Of a stretch of 64,000 nucleotides of DNA, positions 24,764-38,995 are shown piece after piece. The stretch comes from Squalus acanthias (taxonomy: Eukaryota): NCBI GenBank assembly GCA_030390025.1, contig CM059432.1, positions 59,894,001 through 59,958,000 of the forward strand. The letters run 5' to 3'. Both the position numbers and the translations under genes were made by a program. The notes below the pieces were generated by a model. That model was not told where the DNA came from. It made no database searches and was given only the letters and a program-made list of their open reading frames with translations. Position 1 is the stretch's first letter. Each line of letters opens with the position of its first letter.

Positions 24764-25503
24764 GGCCCGGAATTTGCGGTCGGGATGATGGCAAACTGGC
24801 AGCGTTCGCCGTCATTCCGCCTTTGAAACTGACCACAACTTTGGGATTTGGCGCATGCAAAATCCTGAAGTTGAGCTCTGTCATTGACAGCTCCGACACA
24901 GGCTGCACTGTGCGCTCCCCCCACAGAGCCGGCAATCTGTGTAATCATCCAAATCAGGAAAAGTGAGGAAAACTTTGGCTCTTCCGCAGTAAGTACGCTG
25001 TTAAATTCCCCACTAAAAGATAGACCCAAAGGGATCAGGTGTAACTGGGGATTTAATAGTGTATTGACTGCTAAACAAAGGTTAAGGGCCCGAAAAACTA
25101 ATTTTAATTTTGTACAGTGTGATATCTGTCCATTTTAATAAAAATTACAGTTTTTAAGAAACTTTTAGTTTGTCCATCTTTATTTCAGGTTTGCCTTTAC
25201 CCTAAGTGAGATCCCCAATCTTTGTCTTGCTCTCTCTAACATTTTTAAAAAGTTAGAATTTTAAGAGCTTACTCACTTCCTTGTTCGCTGTTTGTGAGAA
25301 TTCTGTGTTTTGATTGGCTGGTTAGACAGCTTGCTGACATCACAGCAGTTCACACAAGGGGATCCCCACTATACTCCATTGATTTGAATTGAGTGTCGGA
25401 AAACCCAAAGTTCTTGACACAATTTGCGAGATCTTTGTGCAAAGCATACTTTGGGGCCAGCAGCAAACACCTTCGCTTCGCTGCTGACCGCAAATTCCGG
25501 GCC
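24764..25503. mobile_element. Harbinger-type MITE
   Basis: Perfect 18-bp TIR GGCCCGGAATTTGCGGTC / GACCGCAAATTCCGGGCC; related to 59-1008. Confidence 0.8.
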
Positions 25504-27329
25504 AATCAACCTATGGGGTGTACCTGGGACACGTTACCCAGGTTCAATTTTACCCAGTGCAACAGGGACCATAGTCCAAAGTAATCACAAAAAGGCTGTA
25601 ATTTTACTGCACAATTATTCATTTTTTTTTTTTAGAAATAAATAAAAAATATAACTAACATAAATGAATGCAATGCTAATTAAAATTTCAATTCCAATTT
25701 ACTTTTTACATGCACTAGAAAGTTTATGTGTATGGATATTGGTTGAGCACAGGTTGAGCTTAGCTCTAAAGCACCCTACAGTATGATCTGCTGACAATCA
25801 CTATCTAGGCAGGCACAGGAATAATCGTCGGTTAGGTGAGATGCTGGAGTACTTCTGGCACCTGTGGTACCTTAAAGAGTCAGCACCTTCGAGAAAAATG
25901 GGGAGAAAATTGGAAGAAAAATTATTTTTCCCCTCCTTTTCAGGTATTGTAAATGCTTTGGTCATTTTTGGCTTCACTGTAATTCCAGATCATTTGGCTC
26001 TTCTCTCCAGTTCACTTGCTTTTTACTCTAACAGATTCACTGATATTACAGGAAAGCATTTCTCCTAGATTGCGTGTGTACCACTGAATGGTCCTGATGA
26101 GATATAACAGCCAACGTACTCTCTAGCCAAATATTTCCTTTATAAGATAACAGTAAAAGAATAAGTTCTCAAAATGGCTGTTTGACAAAAAAATCCAGAG
26201 AAAATGAAAGGGCAGAGCCAAATCTCCAGGGAGAAGTGACTGAAGCATTTAAAGAACCTGAAAAAGAGTAAGAAATTTTGTTTCTGACAAGTAAACGTTT
26301 AGCATGCATTTTCAGTTTTGATGAATATTATGCCTTCATCTTTATTCTGCATTTTGTTTCTTTTTAATGAATATGTTAATACTCTTTTCTTTACAAGTCA
26401 AGAAGTAAAATCAGAAAATCACGAGTGCTATTGTGGAATTTTACTAGGAATACAGAGAATGGAGAAGGTATGCCCCTCCCCCCCTCTGCCAGGTGCACTG
26501 TTATTTGCTGCTTTTCTCTAGCACAGCAGCACATTGTTTAGAACACTTGGCAGCGGACTGTGTTTCAGAATAAATGATTGAAGTTTACCATCATTTAAGC
26601 AGGGCTGACTTCTCCTTTAAGGAGTCCTGCTGTGTTATATTTCAGACAAGATCAATCAGTCATGAGCAACAATTGTTTAAAAAAAACACATCTGAATCCA
26701 TGAAAAGAGCAAATGGTTCACAGCAATGTGTTCGAAAAAAAATCAACTCGCTGTAAAAAGGGGATTGATTGTATATTGTTACTCAGCACAACAAACACAA
26801 TGGTATTATAAGTCACTTAATGAAAGGATGAGTGAAAAAGACAGAGAGACAATTCCTTTAACAGCACAATCATCCCTTACTTCAACATTAGAGCCTCGAC
26901 TCGACAATGATGTACCATTCCTATCAGCCACACTCAGAAATTAATGGAGATGCTTTCTGGACCACACCTACTTGTAAGGATTTTCCATGTCTTCTTTTCT
27001 TCATCATAATACTGAACTAAGTTGCTTGGAAGTCGATCCGGACCTGGAGGCAATCCACCAACCAGTAACAAGAGTTTCTTACTGGAGCGAATCCTGGAAA
27101 GAGGATTCAAAGAAAATTGAAAATGTTTTATTGTGCAAAATGAGCATGTCTCATGTAAAGCATGTCAGAGTGCATTTTGTCGAATAATTACTCCCTTACT
27201 AAGGTCTCAGTCTGGTCTAGGATTGCCATCCTTCTAGTTTTGAACCAGACAACCTGGTTTTTGAGTGGTCTGCCTGTTCAGAAATGTTAAAACTATAAAC
27301 AAGACACGAAAATCTTTTTTCTCTGCCAA

Positions 27330-27697
27330 TTTTCTTCCTTCCCATCTTCTCAGCCAGCGTATAGCTCCACAGCCACCCTCAAGCACCCCAAGCAGTCATT
27401 ATTCATGTGAACCGCGACAATGAGTATCGCAGCCTAGTCAATTGTGTGGTATCATAGCTGAATGCAATCCTGTTCTCAACCAATGCCTTTACATGTATAC
27501 TTCTAGTAGAGGTGATTGAAGAGATCAGAAGCAGGAATCCTAGGCTGATTTTTTTCCCCACATGCCCAATGATATTGGTGCTAATTGTACCACTGCCCTA
27601 AGATACGTTAACTCAGCACGGACCAGCAACTGACCTGCAGCCATCTGCTCTGTTTGGCTCAACAACCCCATGCCTTTACCAGTTGAGCCATCAGGGA
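27330..27697 (-). mobile_element. Old tRNA-derived SINE, LF-SINE-like
   Basis: Minus strand begins tccctgatggctcaactggtaaaggca...ggtccgtgctgagttaac (A-box-like head). Family recalled, left end uncertain. Confidence 0.4.
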
Positions 27698-28265
27698 TTG
27701 CCAAAATCTAATTCTTAAAATAAATCCTGTTTTCAACTACTTTTAGTATGGAAGCATTTATTCTTAAGGTTTTGAATCAATTTTCATAAACAGCAAAGCA
27801 ATATCAGAACTCAAGCCACAATTCCACCATCTTCCTTGGCCTTGGCTTTGGCAAATGCTGCCAACTTTGTTTGGTGTCCAAAAGATGCAAGTGTAGTGAA
27901 AGCTGTATCATAAGTCTCAGACTCTGGAGCCATGTGCACACCTTCAGCTCCCTTCCCTTAGACTTACCGGCAGTGTGACTGAGAGATATTCATACCCTTG
28001 GATCATACTGAGTCTGGCTTTAATCATGTATCTCAAGGCCGCAAGGGAATACCAGCAGGGTGACATATCACCGGACTGCTACCTGCCTGTGTGCTTGGAT
28101 GTGTTTGGTGTATAGTCTGCTGTAGTGTGAAGGTTACAAACCTAGGTCTCTTATCTCAGTTGCAATTGTATTGAATTGTATCCACAGCATCACTCCAATT
28201 ACTAACATAAATGCTCATTTTTTTTTAATTCCATGAACTCCATTGCCTTTCAATGACCACACTAT

Positions 28266-28436
28266 GGGGTAGATTTTGACTTTGTGTGATAGTGTAAAAT
28301 GAGTGATGGTGAGTCGGCAGCCCATTTTACATATCTCCCGATTTTTATTTCCATTGAAGTCAATAAATTGGGAGAGATGTAAAATGGGCTTGCTATCACC
28401 CATTTAACACTATTGCACAATGTCAAGATCTACCTC
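28266..28436. mobile_element. Fold-back MITE, palindromic along its length
   Basis: GGGGTAGATTTTGAC...GTCAAGATCTACCTC with inner arms also complementary (gcccattttaca / tgtaaaatgggc). Confidence 0.7.
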
Positions 28437-31400
28437 GCATGATTTATTTCTCTATAAGTTGTTTCCAGTGTTCTGAGTCTTTTCACATCATGCATCATAT
28501 CATACCTCAGAGGGCGCCAGGAGACATGTCTCCCAGGCCTGTTCCATTGCCACTCTTGATCCAAGCATTAGGAAATACACGACAGTCACCCTGAGAGACT
28601 CCTCCGATCTTCCCTTCCTTCTTCTAGCAGGAAGAACAGGGAACTGTGGCTGCACATCTAAATCCTCCAATTCAGTACTTCAGAACACCAGTGTGCTGCT
28701 TCACTACACTGTATCAGCACTATATTCTTTAAACAAATATTTGGACCAATATTTGTGTTTAGTTACATGAAGATGAACTCCCTGCAGACATTTGCCAGTT
28801 CACTTTTTAAGGAATTATGCTTGACATCAGATGAGATGAAGTGACATCTTGCCTGTTTTGGCATTTGGTGGCAGGTTTATCAGTAGCTTTGCCAATGGTA
28901 CAAATCTGGGCAACATTGCAATTGATTTTCTTATCAGAACAAGCTTAGTTCAACAAATAATATGCAAGCCAGCACAGAGCACTCTGCCTCTGCCACACTT
29001 GTCATCAATAGTTTTGCTAAACTTCAAAGCAGGTTTCTGTCAAGTTCGGTTTCAATTATTTTAAGAACAATCCACAGTCAGGCTGCTGTTACTACTCTCC
29101 TCATTTTAAACTTTTTGTGCTGCAAATATGATTATACTGCTCTGTGCCACAGTACCACCCTGAAAGTAGCAGTTCATTAAAGCATTCCTTTATCCTTTTA
29201 ACAGTAGGTCAGTAATTGGGCTTAGGACAAACATTGATTCTGATTCGCCCTCTCTCCCTGTGGGGAAGCATCTGGACACCTCTCGAAGGCATACAACATG
29301 TGGCAGTTGATATTCTACAACACATTAGATCTCAAAACTCTGCAGTGGCTGATTTAGGAGGGATGTGAGGAATGTGTCTACATGTGTCTTACTCATTTTT
29401 GACTCAACTAACAATTTGATTTTGATTTTGATTTATTAATATTCAGGCCACAATGATGCTGTATGGTGTAGTATTTACTAATAGAAACAAAACATTCCTC
29501 AACTTTAAAAATGAATGTTATCAAAACAAGATTATTAGTGTTAGATTAAAGTATTTGGTCCTTTTTTTGGAAACAAACTATGAAGAGTAGAATTGAGGCA
29601 GGTGTCTTTAGCTACATAGTCTGACTCATAATCATCCACTCTGATCCATGCATTAATTTTTTCTCCCTGCTGTTGCAATGTTTGATAAGTTACAGTAAAG
29701 TTGATCAGACAAGTCAGATCCTTACTTTCTTTGGAACTTAATGTCTCTAATGAGCAATTTGTTAAAGTTTCATACCATGGGATGATCTAGGCATGAGCAA
29801 CCCTGTACTTGAAGAAAAGAATTGTCTTTATTGCCAACTGCAGCTTCTCATACGTATTTTTCACTTCTTTGTCTGAATTTTGCTATCAGATTCAGCCACC
29901 CCACCCAGAAAATTGAATTTGAATCTGTTGGTAAGCAGGTGTATTTCAGTGCCTGTAGTGTTTACCAATTGTATACGTCATCATGTATCATATATTTACA
30001 GCCTGAGCCATATACTCCTGCCCAGCTCTCTTATATTAATGCCGATTTGAGTCATATGAAGTGGTATACAGATCACGATATATTTATGTATATATAAATA
30101 AGTCTACTCAAAATTACTGCAAAGTGCACCAGAAAAAGTGTCAAAAATGACAGTTTTCAGGGGGATGTGCATCTTAAGTGCTCAGAAATTTCTAAATCTA
30201 CCACCAACACTCTGCTCCGCTGCATCAGGAGAACTTTCTGCTCTGTAGTACATTTATACCTTTATGCTATTACGCTTTTGTAAAGTAAAATGTGGGAGAG
30301 AATTGCCTTGTCCTCCTAAGTACTCTTCATATTGTAATTGATCTTGTTTCATTAAGACAAAAGTCAACTGCAGTGCAGTAATGCAGTGAAGCTCCAACAT
30401 GCTGTAGCACATTTCCATGTGGGTTTACACCTCTGCCATTCTCCACGTGGAATGTTTCCACTTTTTAGCCACGTTGTCAAGAGGAGACACTGAGCAGAGA
30501 TCAAATATTTCTCCGCACAGAGGGAAGAAATCAGAGGAATGGATCATTCATGTGCACCTCTTCAAAGACTTGAATTTGCTGTGGAATGGTGATAGGTGTG
30601 AAGAGACCAAGAGAAGGAAAGTGGTGCAAAATGATTTGAAAAATGTAAAAATAATGAGTGGAATCAATTATATGCTCATGGAGCAACAGTTAAACAGCTA
30701 TTCTGTATTAAACTAAAAGGTTAAGAATTTCAAATCAATTTGGAATGGAGATTGAGGATATGAAAAACAAATTAATTACTCAAAGGTATGAATTCAGAAA
30801 CAAGAGGCCAATCAGCTCATCAAACATTGTATTTTTAGGTTCTGTTTCAGGCCTCAATCCAGCCCACGCCCATTCCCTCTGCTACCTACTGAATCAGAAA
30901 TCAATCCGGTTCCCTTTTGAATATATCTGCGGCAGTCTATTCCAAAAGTCAACTACTCTGAGCATGATTAATGTTCCTTAGCATAAATATGTTTAAGGGT
31001 GATTTTGCAATCCAGCACTCCCCGCAGGTGGTAGCTTTGCAGGGAGCGCATCCTAGGAAATCGTGGGCACTCAGCCTGTGGCCTTCCTCACAGACTACGG
31101 CTTTCCTGAGATTCAATCATTGTAAGCACTGCTTGCCACTGGGAGCACCAAAGGACAAAATCATTCCTATATGAGTTTAAAATCACAGCCTCTTGTTCTT
31201 CTATCCTGGTTTTGTGCAAAATACCTCTTTATACCCACCTTACTGATACTCCTTATCTTAAAAACTTGGTAATAGCCTCTTCTTAATCTTCCTTTTTCTA
31301 ATGAGAATTGATTGATCTTCCTCAGCCTTTTAAAGGACCTTGTGACCTTGTGTACTTTAAAGCATCAGTATTGTTACTACGTCTTGTGGATCTCTTGTAA

Positions 31401-32802
31401 TCCACCTCTTCCTCATTTACTACCCTCAGCAGATCTGCCGCTCCGTGTGTCTCTCTGCCTCTGTTCTCAGCACACCCAGTTCTTTAGGATTTCTGATATT
31501 AGGATTCAACCCTATTCCTTTTCCTCTCTCACGCTCCAGTGAGAGAAAGCAAGAGAATTATATTAGGAGTGAGGGTTACCTCCAGCATCCAAGGTGTAAT
31601 GCTGTGTTAGAGCAATAGGACCTTTAGTTTTGATAGAGCCATTTCATTTATGCAATGATGATGAGGTAGCAGTGCCTCCTAATAGCATTCTCGTGCTTTC
31701 TTTCACTGGAGAATAAGGAAGGAAAGGAAGTAGAGCTGAATTCTGGCATCAGCAACGCCCACAGCTGGGCAAGTCATGATCAGGCAGAAAGAGAAAAATA
31801 AAATAGAAATAAAGAGAGAAATAAAGAAGGAAAGAGAACAGCAAGAGAGAAAGTGGATATAGGCAAAGAAGGAGAAGAAACACAGACAGCACTGAGGCAG
31901 GGATGCAGAGATATGTTCTTCCCTCCCTCCACCAATAATTTGTTTTCCTTCTCAAAATCGTTTCCCTGCCTTGCACATCTGAAAGAATATGCCCAGGCTT
32001 TTGCCACTTCCTCTCTGTAGCTAGTACAAGGAGGCTACCCTCATTCTTTTTTCTCCACCCTGTTGAGAAATGCTTCACCTTCACTCAACAAATTCCATAT
32101 GGTTAGACTCAGGGCCTGACTGAAAGGGGTTTGCAGGCATAAACTCATGTCCCATCACTCTGTGATGCAATGTGTTGACTATTTGTGAGAGTACCACTCA
32201 AGCAAGACACTGCTTGCAACTGTGGCCTTTGACACAAAGTTATTGAGTAACACTGCCTTAGAATTACACAAAATATTTATTAGACTCCAGCCTGGTACTA
32301 ATTAATGTACTGACTTATTTAAAACCATCCTTTAAATAGAGTGCAACGTAATTGTCATTTAAAATTGAAATGTTGCTATATTACAAGTATAAACTGGTTA
32401 TAGAACAGAAGGATACAATCACTTTTATTTCTTACCTGTATCCTCAATTCTCAAAGTGCTTCTCTTTACAGCTGCATATGTGACAAAGTGGTTAACAGAG
32501 ACTTTACCATTCACAATCAGCAGTGACAGCTAATTGTCATGGTTAGAGTTAATAGTGCTTTGCATTATAGTCTGACAGAGCTTTAGAAATGATCTGGTTG
32601 GCTGTTGAAACCACTGTTTGACAAGGCTAGAGGTGTTCCCTGCCTAAATCAGCAAAGGTAGGTCAGGCTTACCGCTTCTGGGAGAAATGTAAAGGTTGAA
32701 GATTACACGGCAAAACCATTGTTTCCACCCCCACTATTTTAAGGAGATCTTAGGGAATATTGAAGTGTAAATTTTCTTGATAATCTGAGCTGAAAGAGCT
32801 TA

Positions 32803-33275
32803 ACATAGGATTACATAGGATTACATAGGATATGTGGCACAGAAACAGGCCATTCGGCCCAACCAGTCCATGCTGGCGTTTATGCTCCACTCCAGTCTCC
32901 TCCCATCTTTCCTCATCTAAATCTATCACCATAACCCTCTATTCCCTTCTCCCTCATATGTTTGTCTAGCCTCCCCTTAAATGCATCTATACTTTTCGCT
33001 TCAACCACTCCCTGTAGTAGCGAGTTCCACATTCTCACCACTCTTTGGGTAAAGAAGTTTCTTCTGAATTCCCTATTGGATTTCTTGGTGACTACCTTAT
33101 ATTGATGGCCTCTGGTTATGCTCTTCCCCACAAGTGGAAACATTCTCTCTGTATCCACTCTATCAAAACTTTTCATAATTTTAAAGGCCTCTATTAGGTC
33201 ACCCCTCAGCCTTCTTTTTTCAAGAGAAAAGAGACCCAGCCTGCTTATCCTTTCCTGATATGTATACCCTCGCAT
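32803..33275 (-). mobile_element. CR1 3' fragment
   Basis: LGLFSLEKRRLRGDLIEAFKIM...NFFTQRVVRMWNSL; tail (AATCCTATGT)n on the minus strand. Confidence 0.9.
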
Positions 33276-36200
33276 TAACTGTATTACAAAACAAATTCCA
33301 GCTCAGTAAAAGGTCCTTAAGGCCACATGAACAAGGCATCAATGTTTATGTTAAAAAAAGGCTGGTTAAATCTCAAAAGTCACAGTCTGTGAGCTTTGTG
33401 CTGTGTTTCCAAAAGTACTGCAGCAAGTACTGTATTCAGAACATTCCTAGATCAGATGTGTATCCATTCTATTCAAACACTTTTGGATCTTCCTCTGGTC
33501 TTAGCACTTGAGAAGGAAATAACTTGGAACAAGGAAGCAAATATAGTGCAAACTACAAATGGCATAACATGTCTGTGTTCAGTCTGCAGGCAGCAGGAAC
33601 TAGTTCTCCATTCACTGCCACAACTATGCATTTTCATATTTGACCAACATCACACAACTGCACAGCCTGAAGGTAAGGAATGCTACTGGAAGTTTAGTGT
33701 TGTCGTCACAACCAACTGGGAGAACATCCAGCTTTCTGAAGACTTGGCCATTGAATGACTGAGAACACACTCGTTCTCTTGGGCACATCAAAAATTAAGT
33801 AACTTTTCTAAGCTTTTATTACTAAAGATTAAAGTTATTTTGTCTCGACTTAAACATGTTACCCAAACTGTGCCCACTTAAACAGCATATAATGTCTTAA
33901 AATTCAATGCAACATACCATACATGGTTTTAGGTATTTATTCATTGTTAATCTTACAATTAAACCCTGATAAAATCAGCTCAATTTTGCATGAGAAAAAG
34001 TTAATTCCAATGAAAAATGTGATCTCACCAGAGATATGTTCAAAATGCTCCATTATATACTGCCTCAAATAATAAAATCTCACAACCCTGACAATGCATT
34101 ACTGGTATTAATCTATGAGTATGAAAGGGAAATGCCTCACTAATGATGCAAGGATAAGTGAGTTATGTTTTTGTGGCACAAAAGTGAATTAAACCAAGGA
34201 ATGTGCCTTCCAGAAGGTGATATTCTTTCTAATACATAGATCTTGTTTGTGCTGTCCTTTCTTTATTTCCATAGGTGGATTGACATATCACACTGTTTTC
34301 AGTGTTTAGAAAAAAAGAATACATTATGTTGGTTCTGTAAAACTGCTAAAAATACAGAAAGACTGTTAGAATCTGTTCTACAATGTGCCACACAATGCTA
34401 CCAGTTATGGGATAACTACCTGTGGGAAAATCATGTTTTAGCATCACTGCAGGTAGTTATCACAGTATTGAGAATACTGAAAATAACACTATCACCCATG
34501 CAATTAGATAATAATGAACTAGCAGGCATGTGTACACTTGGGAGACAAGAGGGGTTACCATAGTGATTATTGTTATTAGATCGCTTTTATTTTAAGGATG
34601 AAGCTTTTGTAAGGTATTTTCCTCCTTGCCCTTTCTCCTGACCTCTCTGTGACATGCAACGTCTGTGGTTGAGAGCACAGCTGCTGACCTGCTCCCAGGT
34701 CTGTATGAATGGAAAACAGGCCATTGGGAACTGCAGGGCAATGGTCTGGAGATGACTCTCTCTCTCTGATTTCCCCTTCTTCCCTTTGGTAGCTACCCTC
34801 CATTCAGTGCCTCTCACAGCAGCATAGCTCAGAATGGGGACTCAGCATGTGGAAGATCGCAGGTGCAAACCCACATACCACAGCATTTTTGTGCTCCAAC
34901 ATGCTGCTCATACGAACTGCACTTCTGTGCTGCTATTTCTTCAATTTTACCTTTGAAAGAAAGTATTAACATGGTAATACCCAATGTATGTCTTTGTTTC
35001 ATTGCCATTTAAAGTTCTTTTCAAAATATTTAAAAATTAAAACCGATTCTATGATACTTAGTGAGCTGAATGCCAATTACTGTAGAACCAGGTGCAACAG
35101 TTAAATAGAGGTGAGGATGAAAGATTCTACACTATTACAGCAATCTGTTAGTCAATCACACCACTGACTTTGATTTTACCGTGATCTAATAATTCATATC
35201 ACACATTGGTGTCAAAACGGTGAAAATGATTTCTTATTTTCAGAGTCATGGTGCAAGACAAAATAATTTTGAAAATGAGTTGTTAATTAATAGGCTACTG
35301 CATGTGTGAAGTCTGAAGGTTATATTCAAGACTGGATTATGTCAGGTAAATGCTATGAGCATACTCTGCCATCACCTCCCCTCATAGAATCCTCTAACTA
35401 ATAATATGGTGAATCTTGTCGTAACTGTTGTTGTCCGATTGCAATTATATAGTGAGGATAAATAAAGGATATTAGATTTCTGCAATAAGTCACAATCGTG
35501 AAGTCACAAACTACTATAAAGCTCAAGCAATTGATGAATATCAGAAAAAAAGAGTTTTCTGTCAGACATTTGTTATTCTTTTTGGATATAGTTTATCTTA
35601 TTTTTAGTGTTTTAAATTATTTTATACTATGTATGTTGTCAGCGCAGTAGCAGCATAATGCTGTGTGGTGAAAGACTAATAATGATAATGATTTGGGACT
35701 TGAAGATTGGTAGTGTCACATGATACTGTGTGCCTTCCCCTCATGTCAGATTATACTATTATCAGGTTTCTTTCAGCAATGCATTACTAGGAAATAAATC
35801 ACACACTGTATATAATACAGGAGGATTATGATTGAACCTCAGAAGCTTTCATTGTTCTGCCTCAGACCTGATGCTGTGATGCTGAGTCACAGAAAACAAC
35901 TGAACATAGGAAAGAAGATCCAAACCCAACCACTACCCCAGATCTAACATTAACAATCCATATGTGTCTATCCATATTTTAGTACAGTAGGGTGTATATT
36001 AGCACTTGATTTGTCTTTTGCTAAAAGCTATAGCACAAATTGCCTTTCATTACTGCCTAAACTATTTCAAATCATTTACACCATGATTAAAGCTCCAATA
36101 TCCATTGAATGTATGGATCTCGAAAGCTACTTGGAGCAGGGTGGAGTTCCTTCAACACAGCCAGACTCTAAACACATCTTGAAAATTCAATATATACACA

Positions 36201-36918
36201 TACGTATAAATAGTTGATTATTGAAAATACACAAATGTTACTTATTCATGGGCCCAATCACAGGCCTGTGTAAAAAAGAAATATGGACATAGGACCATGG
36301 AATTGAACCACTTTGAGAAAGAATAAACAAAGTAAATGCCTCCAGGATTGGGAATGTATAGCAAGGGGCTTAAACATTTCCCCAGATATATTTTTTGATG
36401 GGGGAGAGGGGTTGAATCCTTCATGCTGGGCCCCAGTCCACCTCAATCAAAAATATTAAACTTATGCCACAGCCACCATAACTCAGCAAACTCACTGGAG
36501 AATGTGTGTTGGGGAGGTGTGTGTGGGGAGGGGGTGTTACAGGAATGGATTATTGTTGAATATATTTAACATATTCTCTGTCTCTTCTATTTCCCGCTGA
36601 AGATTCGATTGCCCTGTTATAAGAAGAAAGTTGCTTTGTGAGTTGATCTTTCCCTTGAAGTCAACTTATGGGCATGATTAGTGACGTTATCCGAGTCTAA
36701 CTGCATCGTTATTAAACTGTACCATTTTTTTGTTTTACAAATATTAACATTAAAACATTAGCTTGCTTTTATTCTAACGATTTCCTTTCCAGATAACCTG
36801 AGATAAAGTCAACAAAAATCCATCAGACACCCAAACAAATGCCCCCCCCCCCCCCCTTTTGGGTTTGATGTGCAGGCTCTTCGCCCCACATTGAGTAATA
36901 AAAGCATGCTGCTCTCAC

Positions 36919-37769
36919 CTGCTGGCCATGCTCTGCCGGCAGTGCTGCCTGAAGGGCATGAGGTGGTAGTTCATGGCATCCAGCAGGAGCTTCTGACAGG
37001 CGGGGTCGGTTCGCATGAAATCAACCGACTGCACCCTCTCCACCAGCTCGGTGGCGGGGATGAGGGCGAAGCGGAGCCGCTTCATCAGGTCCGGGGCGTA
37101 TTGCATGCGAGTCTCCCGATCGTGTTCGAGCCAGAGCACGGACATCTGAAAGAGAGCCAGCTCCGACTCCACAGGTGGCGGCATCGAGTCCATCATGGCG
37201 CACACCTCTTCGAAATTGAGTAGTAGGATGTCCTCCACGAAGTACTTGTTGGCCAGCTTCTTGGTCTCGTCCAGCCCGTGGATGGCGGCGATCTGGCAGA
37301 TCTGCTTGTAGTTCTGCATAGATATCTGGTCGTTGAGGAACTGGACGCAGAGTTTAGTGACGGGAGGGATGTGGAGGATCTTGCTGACCGAGAGCACGTC
37401 CTCCACCGTATCCAGAGACAGTGTCATGTTGGCCGTGTAGATGTACTCCAAGACCAGGCATACCCCGGTGGCCGAGCAGCCCTGCAGCACGATATTGTTG
37501 ATGGACCGGGAGATGTCCTCGGCCGGGGAAGAAGGGGTCCGGCTCCCCGGGTCGTCAGTGCTCTCTTTGCACTGGTTGTTGGAGAAAAGCGATCGGAAAT
37601 ACTGGGAGCAGGAAGCCAGCACTGCTTTGTGGCAATGGAACTGCTGGCTTTGGGCTGTCAGAGTCACATCACAGAAAAGCTGTTTCCTCCACAGCAGGTT
37701 GAGGCCATGGAGAAGGTTATCACTGTGTGTAGGGTCGAAGGTGGACGTCCTGTCACCAGATCTTGACAT
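36919..37769 (-). CDS. KLHL14: Kelch-like protein 14, first coding exon (BTB and BACK domains); partial gene
   Basis: MSRSGDRTSTFDPTHSDNLLHGLNLLWRKQLFCDV...LLDAMNYHLMPFRQHCRQSMASR matches the vertebrate KLHL14 N-terminus as recalled. Acceptor ccttttag at 37792, donor AG|GTGAG at 36918 (phase 2). Confidence 0.93.
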
Positions 37770-38503
37770 GGTATCTAACTTTGGACACCTCCTAAAAGGG
37801 CACACATTTCACACAGTCAGATTTTAGGCATTATTTCCCCGTGACAAACATTTCCATGTAAGTAAAGCAAGATTTCTCAGACCAACGCTCCATTAAAGAG
37901 AACAACATGTTTTATTATTGTTACAAAAGACGTCTGTTGTATGCGAAATCTCTCTATGGGTTAAATCCTTACGCTAATGTTACCTTTTATTTGCTCAGTC
38001 TACACATTTTAAGCAGCACACTGTTACTGCGAATGTAAGTCACCCCTGCATGTTTGTCCTAATAAACATTACAGAAAGATAGCAGGTATAAATATCAGTG
38101 CCGTTTGCATTCAAGGTTTATTTTTCTGTTCGAAGAGACCACAAATGAAATAGTTAAAGTTTCATGTTACCTAATGGTGTTTAAAAAAACGACCAGTTAA
38201 TACATAAAGACCGGTACAGTTGTTTGGTATAAGTGGGTGCAATAACAGACGTCAGGGGTCAGATTCTTAACAGAAATAAACTTCAAAAATCGGAAGCAGC
38301 GCCTTACTAAGTAAAGCTGCCGAGCTTCCATGGTGTTTGCTACATGCACGGATCTCCTTTTCAAATTTAGCAGTAGCCCCTTGTCTGATCCAGCTCCTGC
38401 CCATGGATTTTCACATTGCTGTTTATTCACCAAGGCACCTGTCACAGCCTCATCTCCCCAGTGTTTCCCACTCGTCACCAACGCAGACAGGCCACAAACT
38501 TAC

Positions 38504-38995
38504 CTGTATACACTGGGCTGCAAACTGGCGTCCACTTCGATCAGATCCCCACTTTTATATTATTTTTTCTCCTTTTTTTTCTTTGCTTCGATCCCTCAGT
38601 AAAATCCGTATCCGATCAAGCTCCACGCGTTGCAACTTCAGCAGTTACGCTTGCGAGGTTTTTTTGTCGTTCATCATTTGATATACTGTCTCCAGAATTA
38701 GCAACAGCAAGAAGTCTGAGAGCAGCTTTCGCAAAAAAATGTACGTGTGACAAATTATGCTACCAAGAAACAACACATCATTATCCTTGGGCCTGGGATT
38801 CAGTGAGTCGTAACAAGAGTAATAGGAAATCCACGGTTGGGGAGAGAAACGGTCGTGCATCGCCAGTGAAGAGTGACCATGGAGGGGCTGGATGCTGGAG
38901 AGAGTTTTAAAATTATGGCTCAAGGCTATTGTAAAATTGTCGTGCGTAAATGACTGCGCAGTCAAACATCTTAGAAAAGCAGTCCCCTTTATAAA
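38504..38995 (-). promoter_or_regulatory. Candidate KLHL14 non-coding first exon and core promoter
   Basis: Consensus donor CAG|GTAAGT at 38503, TATAAA on minus at 38988-38993, locally more CpG. No transcript evidence. Confidence 0.4.

Noticed and set aside
1..36900. Downstream KLHL14 kelch exons
   Set aside because: No kelch-coding exon recognised by eye or in the ORF track; short exons could have been missed and need tBLASTn.
37770..37805. N-terminal extension MCPFRRCPKLDT of KLHL14
   Set aside because: It runs across the splice acceptor at 37792; the conserved protein starts at ATG 37769.
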